A stretch of 64,000 nucleotides of DNA. It comes from Blasia pusilla (lineage: Eukaryota). Numbering within the stretch: the stretch's first letter is position 1; the number at the start of each line of letters is the position of its first letter. The stretch lies in contig CM114271.1 in assembly GCA_050084515.1 (NCBI GenBank), positions 17,050,001-17,114,000 of the forward strand, written 5' to 3'. The notes under the pieces are model-generated. The model ran no database searches. It was not told the DNA's origin and worked only from the letters and a program-made list of their open reading frames with translations. Positions 11,631 through 24,300 of this stretch are shown one piece after another. The position numbers were made by a program, and so were the translations under genes.

Positions 11631-14600
11631 TTGGAAATAATCAAGTGTTTCATGCATGGTTGCACAAAAATAGACATGCCCCACGGGTCCCATAACAGGG
11701 TTTTTTTAATCCCGATGGCCTGCACCAGCTTGATTCCTTAATTTAAATGAATTTGAATGGAAGAGGAAAAAAATTTAATTAATTAATTAATTAAGAAAAT
11801 AATTAATAGGTGATCGTAGGTATACAATAAACTAGTGGGATAATTAGAAAAATAACAAAAAATTTACAAATTTTTCTCTGAATTCATATTTGATGGGAAG
11901 GGAAAATAAATTTCAGTGGGAGAGGAGTGGCTATTGTTTAAATTTTATTGAAGGGTGGAATGATTTAGGGAAGTGGGATAAACTTGAATTTCAATGGAAG
12001 TGTAGATTTATTTAGAACTTCGAAGAGTGGAATGTTATTACTCTTTTAAGATTTAAGTAGAATAAAATTTATATCTAAATTTTGAAATGAAAATATGATT
12101 ATTTATAATCATGTTGATTCACATTTGATATTTTGGGAAAAGAAAATAAATTTGAATGTAAAAGGGAAACTATTTTATTAACTAAATTTTTTTAAAAAGT
12201 TAATGAATATTATTTTGGTTGGCAGAGTGAAAGGGGAAGAAGAATTATGGTTTAAACTTCCATGGAAGAATGAAATTATTTAGGGGAATTGGATTGTATT
12301 TAAATTTGAATATAAAAATAGTACTATTTTGAAATTAAGACTATTTTCCATTCTAATTTTAAAATTTTATTTTAATTAAATTATTTTTATGAAATTTATG
12401 ATTATTTAAGTCTGGAAATTAAATTATTATTATCAAAAAACTATAAATTACACTCAAATTTTGAAATGATAAATATTTTTAATTAAAAAAATCGTGTTAA
12501 AACTAGTTAGCACTGGCATGCTAGCTAATTTTACGACAATTTTCTCGTTACTTTCTTTTACTCCGTCCATCACGCACCGACAGTTGAAAGCGGACATCTT
12601 TTAGGACAGATCAGGAGGACAACGATAGGATTAATCCTGAATATGATCAGGACCTTTGGGATTATTTGCGATGGAGCTCTCTGCCGTCGGTCGTTGACCC
12701 CGGTTTCGGAAATACTAAAAAAGCAATTCTTTTGGACTTCGGTTCCCTAAGCGTCATGTGGCTGCGGTGAGTCACTGGTGACTCATCACCGAAAGAATCC
12801 TTTCCCGACAACGGATCAATCCCATGACAGGCCGTAAGTAATTCGTTATGTGGGGGAAAAGCTAAAAGGCGGGACTTTTGTTCCCGGTCTATACCTCGCC
12901 GGTCAGGTCACATCTTTTCGACCCTTACACTACTATAGTGACTTTTCAACTCTACTGCGGTCATATTCTGTCTGGTTTCCGGTTCGATCATGAGGAGGGG
13001 TAACTCTAGAGTCCGGACTCCGGAGCTCTCGGATGAAAACAAAATGACGCAAATAACGCTTTGAATTAAAATATCTCCTTTCGAAAGACTGATTCATAAC
13101 CTATTCGCAAGGAGTTTAATGTTTAGTTATGGGGGGAGAGATGAGTCGCTACAATAAGGCGGTCGCGCAAGAAAGCAGCCCGGCTAAGTTCGGGGACCAC
13201 CTTTCGTTTAGTCTGGACTAGCTAATCTCGCGATCTTTGGTGCACGTCGTGAGAGCGTGCATATCTCGTCGGTTAAATTTCTATTCTTTATTACTTAATA
13301 GTGTGTGCACGGGACCAATCATGGTCAAAAGTTATTTTTTTAATTCTTACAATCTGTGTAACAAAAACTTTATTGTGATCGTTAATACCAAAAGATTTTC
13401 TTGCTGTCATGTGTCAAGGAGGTTTTCGCAAATAAGAAACTATTCTGAAATAATAATAATATAATTTTATTTTTTATTAAGAAATTGTCTCGAAAAGTGC
13501 CCGTAAGATTCGGCGGTTCGTCCCGCCGAACAAAAAAAATGACAAATTCTGTCGTAGCGACTGTCCAGTAGATAATGAGCGATTATCTGGTGGTTTTTTG
13601 GGACTCGGGAGAGAACGGCTCCTTCGGCGCGGGAACGCCGGGAAGGTGTCGCGATTGTGTTGGGCTCTGCGTCCAAAAGCGCGTGCGAATGACACGCGCG
13701 CACGTATGATAACGAGTGGGCGGCGGCCCTCGCCGACAGTCGTGACTGCGATACGGCACAGTCGAGCTCTACAGTCACCTCTCAACGTTCCGAAGGTCTA
13801 GGACCGACTATAGATCCATTCCCCGGAAGCATTTGTGCAGAGCTCAAAATATCCGGGATCCCATCGTTTGTAAGCCATCCGATCCACATCGAAGGGCCTA
13901 CAACATTAGGACACAATAATTGTTTTCTCGTTATTGTCCCGTCCCACTACGTGGCGCGCACTCAGTGGGCTGTGCTCTCACCCTAAACCATCGGCATGGG
14001 CACTTATCTAGTTCCGTTCCAGACATAATAAATAGAATACCTACCATGGGCGACGACGACGACGACAGGCAACTGAGAATCCGTCAAAGAGGCCTGCACG
14101 AACGGACGCCATACCATGCCCTCAGACACACGACAACGATCAGGATGATCAGGCAGGCAGGTCCGTTCCTCTAGGACAGACAGACATCCGCTGCTCTCCC
14201 ACGTCGCGACCTCTCGCAGTCGTACAAGTCTCGGTTTCCATCAATGTAACTGAAGCATATCTATAGTGCTTGCGATTCGGAAATTCCTCCACCGCTCCTT
14301 CGGAAATCTTTATCCTCTCCTCTCATACTTTCTTTCCTCCTTTTGCTTCCCTTCTGCGTAGCTTTACTATTGGACCCTCTCAAAGCTACAAGAACACCGT
14401 CCTTTGCCTATTCACTCGACACGTTTCCATTTCGGGATCATAATCTTTCCGCGATCTCAATTTCTAATTGTATTTCCCTCTTTTTTTCTTACTTAAATCT
14501 ATTTCTATTTTATCTCATCCCCAGCGTCCGCAAGTGAAACGAAGAGGACAGATGTCGACGGATGGTAGAGTCCGATGTACGTCATCTTGCGGCTCGAACA

Positions 14601-17266
14601 ATTCAGCACCTCTCGAAACTCTGCCCTTTTTCTGTCCGCCTGGAATAGACCACCCCAATCTTCAAACACACTCCTTTGGCGTAGGGACACCTTTCCAACT
14701 TGTGCAGTGGCTGAAGTACCACCCGGTCGGCCGTGATAACCTGTAGTGACAATACCACCTGTACATAAATAATTATACGTATATAATTTGATTTCCACGT
14801 AATTCAATATTCCATGACTCTTTTTTAACCTCTAGACCAATCATCTACTTCATAAAACTAGGATTAATGTCACTTTTTGAGTCGCGATTTTTGGTGGCTA
14901 GTGTAGAGGATAATGCAGAGGTGTGTTCTTCAATGTATTGTGATAATAATAGTCTGGACTTTTTAGTCCGGTAATTGGGTGGTCCTTCTCTTCCGATGGG
15001 TTCGTTTTGGGGTCAGTCTTGTCGAATTATATTTGCTTCATATTACTATATTTGCCTCCTCATATTGTTTTAAATAAACACTACCATATTATTATGCATG
15101 GGTGAAAGGATACATCATATGTTAAATCATATTTTATATTCAAATTTTTATGTCAAATATTATACGTGTTTCTAACACATAGTCACGATGGACATCCTCT
15201 TTTAATGATATGTATGTTGGGAACATACTTAGGAAGGTATGTTCCCAACATACCTTCCTAAGTATGTTTGGGAGCTCACTCTTTTGTGGATGTATTTTGT
15301 AATTACTTTGACCTCATGTACAAATTATGTTTCCTAAAATTGCCATGCAAGTGTCTTCGTGACTAGTGCTAGGCCCCAATTTTCTCTAAATCGTTGATTG
15401 GTGGAGGAGGTAAAAGTAGATTGAAAACAAATAGTCTAAGAAGATTTTACCAAATATGATAGCTCTATGTTCATATTTTTGACAAGGTTAACATGGGTCG
15501 GTATTAACTTTTAGTTGTTAGAGTAATTAGTTTTTATTTACATAATTTTTTCTAGTTCTTTCTAATTACATTGGGTATACACAAATTTTATTAGAGAAAG
15601 AAAATTGGGAAAACCTCATTGTGGAAAATTAATAAAGATCACATAGAAAAAAAAAATCTCCAAAAAGTAGGAAAACACATGTTATTATATACTGATGGGT
15701 TAACAAAGATATATGATCAAGAAGATTAGCTCTATATGGGACCTTGTGTTATTTAGACATTAGTTGTTTATTTTTTTTCCGGCTCCCCAAATTATAGGGC
15801 ATATGAGGCACTCTTGATATTGTGCCCACGAGAATATTTGAATAGAAGGAAAACGTGTACACTTGTAATAGAAGAGCTAAACTAACATAACAAAAGAATC
15901 AAACTAATAGGATGAATAAATTAACGAGCTGACTTTAATTCCCTTTCCTCATAGGTGATTTTCACCCCGTGCATAGCACACACACTATGTTAGAAATTGA
16001 TTATTTTAGTTTCATTAACATGATGAATTTTCATGATGTTGGATTCTTCAGCCCTTTGCATCCCCCTTCCCTTCACCCATTGTTGCCAATTGGTGTTAGG
16101 GTAACTTTCCCCGGTATGCATAGAAAGTGCCTCAACTTTCCGCATGCAATTGACCTTCCCAACATGTTGATACTTTCACTTTTGCTTAATAAGAAATTGT
16201 CATAAATTTGGTTTCATACTTGAATCTATACATAAATAAAGACAGTTCAAATCATCTCCTCTTGAGTCATATTCTGTCATCCTTTTCCTTTTAAAAATTG
16301 AAACTCCATTAATCACCCAAAAGAAATGAAAAGGATGTTTAATTAATTATTTGATTAGGGGAATCCGTTTCGTTCTGCTGAGCTTGAAATTCAATCTCAT
16401 AATTTCTTTTATTTTATTTACGTTATTATGAATCCTTTTTCCCATAAATAATTACCGGCCCCGAATATGAAACCTGATCGAATATAAGTCGCAACGTGTA
16501 ACGCATGGGAGTCCGGATATGTATAGGCCGGAGCATCCGATGTGGCCGCCCAATAAGGGCCGGCTTTAGCCGGCGCCCGTAAGTCCAGGTGGGCCCAGAG
16601 CTGCAGAATCTCGGGCCGGGCGGGAGAATGGCGGGCGACCTCCCTCAAATAAATGTCACTGCGTCCAAAGAATGTTCCTCACATGCCTCCGCCGGCCCGG
16701 CCCGGGATGCCCGGGCCCGACCACCTGAATGACGACACGTCTCTCTGCCAGGGGTCTGGGCAGTTACTGCGTCCCGAGAAAGGCACAGGATCCCGAACGG
16801 TCAGGAAGGATCTACAATAACCGGCGTCTATTTGCTTTTCTTTTTTTATTAGTATTTATTAAATTACAATTAAATGGGGGAGAACTCGACGCACAACAAC
16901 AAATATTTTCTGCTCCTCAGCGTGTGTAGTTATATTTACTCATGAATGGGGGTAAGAGGCCAATACTTGTTTTTCCAAATGATTAAATGCTAAGTGCCCA
17001 GTTCCCTTTTTGTTGTTGGGAAGAGAATATTTTCTTATGAGGGTCCATTTGGAATATTTGTTATCTCGAAGGGTTGCGTAAAGCCAATGTCATTTGGATG
17101 TCCTCGATTTCTTCACGCATGAATGTCATTATAAAAGAGTCTTTTTTTTTATGCACGTGATAAGGACCAAAAACTTACCTAAAGTTTATATTTTCTAAAA
17201 ATTTAAATGGGCTCGGGTTGCATCTTTGTGGAAAATGTGGAGGAGAGGGGTTGTCTTAAATTTATA

Positions 17267-17463
17267 CTAGCATAACGCCATGCCCTTCACGGGTGAAAAT
17301 CGTCCGTGGGAAAGGGCATCTCGTATGTTAATTTAGGTTCAATTCCCATGTTCATTTAATTTGTGTATTTGATTTGTCATCACAATAGGAGGTGGCCAAA
17401 ATGAACACGCGTCACCATTGAGGGAAAGGGTCCTTAAATCCCATCCTCTTTGAATTATATAGA
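17267..17463 (-). mobile_element. Short non-autonomous Helitron, copy A
   Basis: On minus: 5' TCTATATAATTCAAAGAGGATGGG..., 3' hairpin-like CCCGTGAAGGGCATGG then CTAG; flanked by A|T. Confidence 0.75.
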
Positions 17464-20400
17464 TACCGATGGAAGGATTGGTTGTTTCATCTTACGTTGA
17501 CATGCGTATTTTCAACAAATACATTCTAACCCTAGTAATTTTGTTCCGTGCGATGATTGGGAATGAAAAGACTCACATACATGATGATAATGTTAAATTA
17601 TTGAATAAAATTTAATCTTAAAAGTAAGAAAGATGGAATATTTTTACAATGCATCTAACTTGGCTCCAATTTTTTTAATATATGTTTCTTTATTCATTAG
17701 TTATCCCTTTTCCAATTCCCATTTTTCATTAAGTAAAATAAATCACTTATTTTGAAGAATTTTTTACCAAAAGAGAAATTAAAAATAAAAATTCTCTCGC
17801 AATCTAACTTCGAAATTAAAAATAACATAGAAATAATATGTCTTCCATTATTTTGAAGAATAATTCTTGTCCCACTAGTTTCCTTTTATCCTTTTCGTTT
17901 TTTTCCCAAATGAAAATTTACTTTGCCTCAAAACTAAATTTTAAATTATTTTTTTCATAACTTCGTTGGCATGAACCTTGAAAATTATTTTAAATTTTAA
18001 AATGAGAAAATATAATTTAATGAAAGAGACTCTATAAGATTTCATCGGGAAAGATTTTTTCATTTGAGTTAATAATTATTAAAATTAAAAATGTAAAACA
18101 TAATTATTAAAACCTTGCCCATTCTTGTTTTCTGCTTAGTATAGGGAATTTTTAAAAAAACTTTATGAACTGACTTCGTGGATAAATGTGATAGCTGTCA
18201 TTCATTCGTTGGTCATCAAAGTGAACCAACACCCTTAAAAGTATGATTTGTGATCCATTTTAGTGTGAACAAATCGAGTGGAGTTATTAAAAGAGGACCA
18301 TACATTATACGAGCACTGACATGCATCTTACCAGTAGCTTCTACTCCACATACCATGTTCGAAATATTTATTACTCAATAGGATCACATAGACCAATTCT
18401 CATTTTCGCATACGACGTCACCAATCTTCGTTTTGCTATGGCCGAGTATGGAAGATTCTCTCATGAAACCTCATGATAAGAGCCAACATCTAGAAGAGTG
18501 GATTTGGTTCAACATGTGCTTTCTTGCAAGATCACTAGAAAGGGCATATGAGAGGCAACATTGAAAATATTGGTTTCATGTTGTTGAGAATTTTGTGTGG
18601 TAGCGAATTTCGCCTCTCCCGAGCAACTCTTCTAATAAATTTATGTGGTTTAATCCATTACAAGATGCTCATTTTTCTTTAGTCGTGTATTTTCCTAAGG
18701 AAGTAGGATCTTCTCTGATATTGGATGAGCAATACCTCGAAAAAAAAATCTCGTTTACTTATGTAGTTAAAATCAAGGAGTTAACTAAACAAAAAAAAAA
18801 TCTTGGTTTTACCATCTTATGGCTTAATACTTAACTTCACAACAAGCTTCAAGGGGAAATTGCCCATGGTATCCAAACATTGTAGCAAAATCAAGGCTAG
18901 AACAACAATCAAAACTCTCCACTTTATAGTTCATATCATCCAAATGATCTTGACTAAATTTCTTGAAAGCACCAAATTTTCCCTCCCCTTTCACAAAACA
19001 TTATCTTCAAGGATCATAGCAAAAATCAAAGCCCCAAAAAGAATGAAGACTTTGTACACTACAATCCATCATGTCCATGACTAAACATAATCTTAAGATC
19101 TCTCTAAACTATCCAGATTTTCCAATAACTTTTTGCTCCAAATTTACCTATCCCCTATCTATATCATGTTGGTTCTTGTCAAATTTTCCCCTTGCAAAAC
19201 CATATGTTGATGAGACCTCTATGGGAACTTCCGCATTTTCCCACCTTTGTCACAAAGAATCTTGAGTGAGTTGGGCCAAGGGAGTGCTCCCATCTTTTGC
19301 TCAAATTTATGTGTCATGGCATCAATTTCAAATGTTGGTGGCTTCACTTTTTGCAAGGATACACTTGCCATACTTGAGGTAGGTTGCCATGACCTATGTA
19401 GGTACCTCATCCTCCTTCACTTAGCACATAATGTTGATATTTTATGATTTTGCTTGTAGAAGTTATGTTTTCTTGAGTTCTTATTGAGGTGCCATCTGAG
19501 TGTAGGAAGCACCAACTAATATTTGTGGATGTGTCTTACAACTCTAAAAACCTTGGTTCATAAAATATTTCCTATAAGTTCCACTCCAAGCCATGTGCAA
19601 CTATGGGTACCATAGTTGCACATGGCTTATCACATTAAGGTACCCATAGTTGGCCATGTCCAACTATGGGAACCTTAATGTGATATCCACGTTACTGCAC
19701 AACAAATTTTCTCAGTATTTCACTCAAACTCTCGACGGGTTTTGTACTATTGAAGTGCAATTCATTGGAGATATTTCAACATACAAAGTTGTAGGAAGGA
19801 GAAGATAATTTTATGTGCATTATATATCCATGCAATAGTGCCCACATCAAGACTACGCTAATTAATTTTCTTGAGCTTGTGAAAATGACATGCGATCCTC
19901 TTTCAATGCTCTAGCTCTTCCATGACTAGAAAGGGATAATGTTTGTTCAACTATGTAAGATTATATCATTACGTATAAACCTTGTTAGTTTGGGACTTTC
20001 TCTATGACCTCGTCAATCTTCGTGGATCCTTTACCAAGTCAGATAAAATAAAATCAGTGATATATAAATAAATGTATTAGGATCTTATGATTCACTTGCT
20101 GAGAAATATTGCTTTGGAAGCTAAAAAATAGTTCCTCATATATTATTGACTTTTACTCTCTCCAACTCCCACTCATCATACATTCAGCTTTAAATTCATT
20201 TGGACAATGAAGTGGTTGAAGTAAGGATCCAAGAAAAGGGGAAAAAAAATGTGCCACTATGGACGTAGAAGAATAGATCCACATAATATATTGAGTTGCA
20301 CTCTTTACTTCCCACTCATGCATTCCAATTTCAATTCTTTATGGCAATGAAGTAGGCGGTTGAAGTAAGAATTCTGTAAAAAATGCATCCTACCTCTATT

Positions 20401-21360
20401 TTGATTTAGCTTTGGACTATGCCATACGCAACAACCACAAAATTTCAGGCCCATTAGATCTCATAACAACGTTATGTGAAATGCAAAACAAGGTCACATA
20501 TGTGCCCAATCATGGATTCTAAACCCTAGACCCTAAACCCTAAATTTGCCACAAGATTTCGACTGTTATTTTTGCAAGCCACCTCCGGGAGTGACCGGTT
20601 GGAGTAAAAGGATCTGTGTTTGATTCGAGGGATATAGGCGACCGGGACCAAGCAGAGAGGGTCAAGTTTACCCTGGACTGTTATGGGCCTTTGGATAACA
20701 TGCCCACGAGAAATAGTCGGTAGGGTTTCATTTCTTGACGGCTGACATTTTAGTCTCACCGGCACTCACGTACCAACGCACTGCTTCGCGAGACTAAGCC
20801 GAACTAGGGTTAGAGCATGACTCGGTAGGACAAGCGCGGTGATAGTCACATTGAAGATGGACACTGAGGATCCATCTATACGAGACGCAAACAAGAGAAT
20901 TCAGTTCAGTTCAGCTCAGTCCAGTTGGAAGCACGACAGAACCACATGGACGGAAACTACAGACGAGACGGGACGGAACGGAACCCCGCAGATCGCACGG
21001 CAGCGGAAAGAATGAATATACCTAGATCACTTTACATCCATCGGCAGGCAGAGTTCGGATGGCAGTGGCGCTGCTGGCAGGGCAGGGCAGATACAGCGCC
21101 ATCTTTCTGTACTTTTACAGGCTACTTTCTGAGCATCTGACAATATCGTACATACATCCACAAGATACTACCCAGCGGACAGGGACGGCGACCGCAAGAT
21201 AGAGTGAGCTCACCGCTGTCGACGGATCAATTCCTCCTCCGACTCTATCACACACATACTGCCCCTTCCGGGGACGACTCCATCCTCCTGCGGCGCGCTC
21301 GAACAGTGACGTTGCCTCCTGTGCGGCGCGAGGAATGCTCTTGCGGCGAGCGGGCCCCGT

Positions 21361-24300
21361 CTACTGACTGCCGAAGTTCCGGTACAGGAAGTCCAGAAAG
21401 CCGATGCCTTTCAGGAAGCCCTTGCCGGAAACGAGCTCTGTGATGAGGAGCATGCTGAATCCGACCATGGCGGCACGTCCGTTGACGAGCTCCGTGTAGG
21501 GGGTGAATCCAAACCCGGCCTCGTTCTCGTCCACCACCATTTTCACCTGAGACGCCCGGCCCGCGTTAGTTCCCGGGACTACGGCCATTCACTTCGAGTT
21601 AGAATTAGGGCGAGTCCGACGATGTTCGTTCCAACATTCGTTCGCATATGGATGTCCATCCGTGGCGCAGATGTGGGCGAGTCACGGTGTTCGCCAGTAG
21701 ATCAATTCCAGTCTGCACATGGATGTCTCACAATCCATGATGCAGCCCGTCGGGTTTGGGGTACTTTCGTGGCTTGCAAGAGCCTAAGGCAAAATACCAA
21801 CACATTTTGTTTTTCGTAAGAGCGATATAAGTAGTAAACCTTCTCTATGGGTTCTCTCAAGCGAATAGCACCACTTGATGAGGGTGTCTCGTCTTCCATT
21901 TCAGCATCCATGGTGGTCTACATCAGATGGAACATTGTGTGATGTGGGGTCCGGTCATTAGAAATGATCCGATGGCCTCATTTCTTGCGGTCGTGCAACC
22001 CCAAGAAACGGCCTTCCGCCTGTTCTCAGCCGGTTTCAGGCTAAATACTCGCCCTGGACCCACCCCCCCCCCCCCCCAATCACTCTACCAAATCGTCCGT
22101 CACTCACTGTACACATGGAACAATCCCGGGGTCGCAGTTCTTGCGCCCCAAATTTTTCGGCGAAAGGAATGTCAGTTTTCAGTTTTTTTTCTTTTTTTCT
22201 CTGACGGCGACCCCGTCAAATTCCTGCGACTCCGGCTACAAACAGACAATTTGGGCAGTAGGATGAAGTCGATCAAGTCTACCGGCCAACGTCCGTGAGC
22301 GATGCTGGCCTATGGAATAAGGCCCTAATCCATGTGCACTTGGTACCCATAACCCTGAACAATTTCTAGCATCACATGCTAGAAATTGTTCGCAGAGTGG
22401 CATGTACAAAACCCAAGCAAATCCATGACCAACGTCACGAGGCGCAGTTAAGTGTATGCATCTTCATCCCTTGGATAACCTAATGAGTCGGACATGTTCT
22501 CCACTGGGAGCTAGGAACTTCCTGCCCGATTTTGCCCAGCCTGTAGGCTTTTGACCCCCGACAACAACATTCCATTCTTGGATTCGTTGGATCTTCCGCC
22601 ACGCTCTATGGGAAAGAGCCCTTGGGCCTGGATTCCCTTGAGCACCTGAAATTGTATCATCCTCGCGTGCATGGGTGGTCACTAGGATTTCCACAGACAA
22701 GTGGGATTCTCGCATTCTGGACCTATTTGATCGTGTTCCAGACAAATTTCTCCAGTAGCTATTTCCCGATCAGCGTGCGGACTCCGTATTTGGTAAAGTT
22801 CCCAGTGCCCATGGAATCCAGCCCTTACAACCCCGGATCAATTCTCTCATCCATGGTTGTCTCTGTTTGGGGTCAAGCATATTCATCCTCAGGTTAGTTC
22901 AAGAGGGTCAAAGGGTCAGTTAGACAGGGAGTATTTCGGCAAAACCCAAGGTGCAGGGCCGGACGTGAACCTGGGAGTTGCTGATCTGCTGGCAAGTTAT
23001 CATTCACTGTGCAAGAGTCTCCTGCATCCTAGTGAAGAGAAAAATTAAGAACTTATGCTTCTATCCATCTGGAAACCCCGGAGAAGCTAACTCTGGACCA
23101 CACTTACAAAATCCAAGGATGAATAGGCTCAAACCGTTTAGTGGGTGCGGTTGGAGGTAATTATTTGATATCAGCATCTAGTGTAGGTTTTGAGAGTCAC
23201 TTCATGATCCTCAAAATTCGAAGGCCCTAGTCCCATGAAATGACTGTCTTCGAAATGGCCCTAATTGGATTTTTACATCCAGACCATAAGAGTAAGTCCA
23301 AATAGGGCTTCATCCATTCATGGGCCAGATTGCTTTGCTCGCTCATCTAAATAGTTACCACCACCAGCACCCGGTTTTTTCGGGCATATTATAACTCACG
23401 GCTTGTGTTATGGCTGAGCAAGTAGTTACGTGGTAAGTCCATCCTAATGTCTTCCGCCCATCCTAGCTCTTTCCATCCGAGTTTCTCTCTTTCCATTCGA
23501 TTTTTTCCCCTGTTTTCAAGACTCCAACCGGCTCACCCTAATCCCACCAAGTGATACTAGAAAGGAAACTTGTGATACTACAAAGACACTTTCCAAACGG
23601 TGTGTGTCTTGTGGGTAGGGAGAAGAGTGACAGACTAGGCCACTCCCATACAGAAGTTTGAGGTTTCAAGCCGGCACATTTTTCCTGATAAACTTCAAGG
23701 CGTGGAGAGAGAGATGGTGCAAGAGACGAGGACAGATGTAAGTTGAAGGTACACTGTCCAAGAAGGACGATCCAAGGCCCATGAGAAGGACATTCCTGGA
23801 GCTATTTCAAGACCCATTTCCCCAATTTCCCAGGCCAAAATCACAAGAACCAGCTTGAGATGCACTGCCAAAGATGAGTACATTTAAAGACTGACCCTAA
23901 ACCCAGATTGCCTAGGTATTCAAACCTTGCAACTAGAGGTAGTTGTAACATTTGAATCCCTAGTTAGCCAGCCCTTTGAAACCATCTGAGTCAATGTGAA
24001 TTTTGCATGAAAACAACTCAAGCTAAGGCAGCCAGAGATATCTTGAAGAAAAAGTGGAGCAGTAAAACTGGCTTTCTCACCTCATCCACATTAACATCAG
24101 TTGCCGTCTTCCCAGCTTGCGTCTGCCCACCAAAAACGATTTCTGCTGATTCCCCTGTGCTCTTATTTTTCATGTTGATGTATACATACTCTGAATCCAA
24201 CTTCACGGGATACACATCCAGCTGTCTGGTGGGTCTAGTGAGAAATGCAAGGATAGGATTGGTCGGATACCAATCCCTTATTGCCCCAGTTTTCAAATCA

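Noticed and set aside
18300-19500. Decayed coding-like tract, possibly a DNA transposase on minus
   Set aside because: No diagnostic motif could be read reliably by eye.
20519-20545. Telomere-like AAACCCT units
   Set aside because: Only about three imperfect units; a common telo-box-type motif, not a telomere.
22440-23340. Possible L1-like ORF2 C-terminal relic in PSB33 intron 2 (LLWSG...VISWD.GL on minus)
   Set aside because: A single weak motif, insufficient to call.
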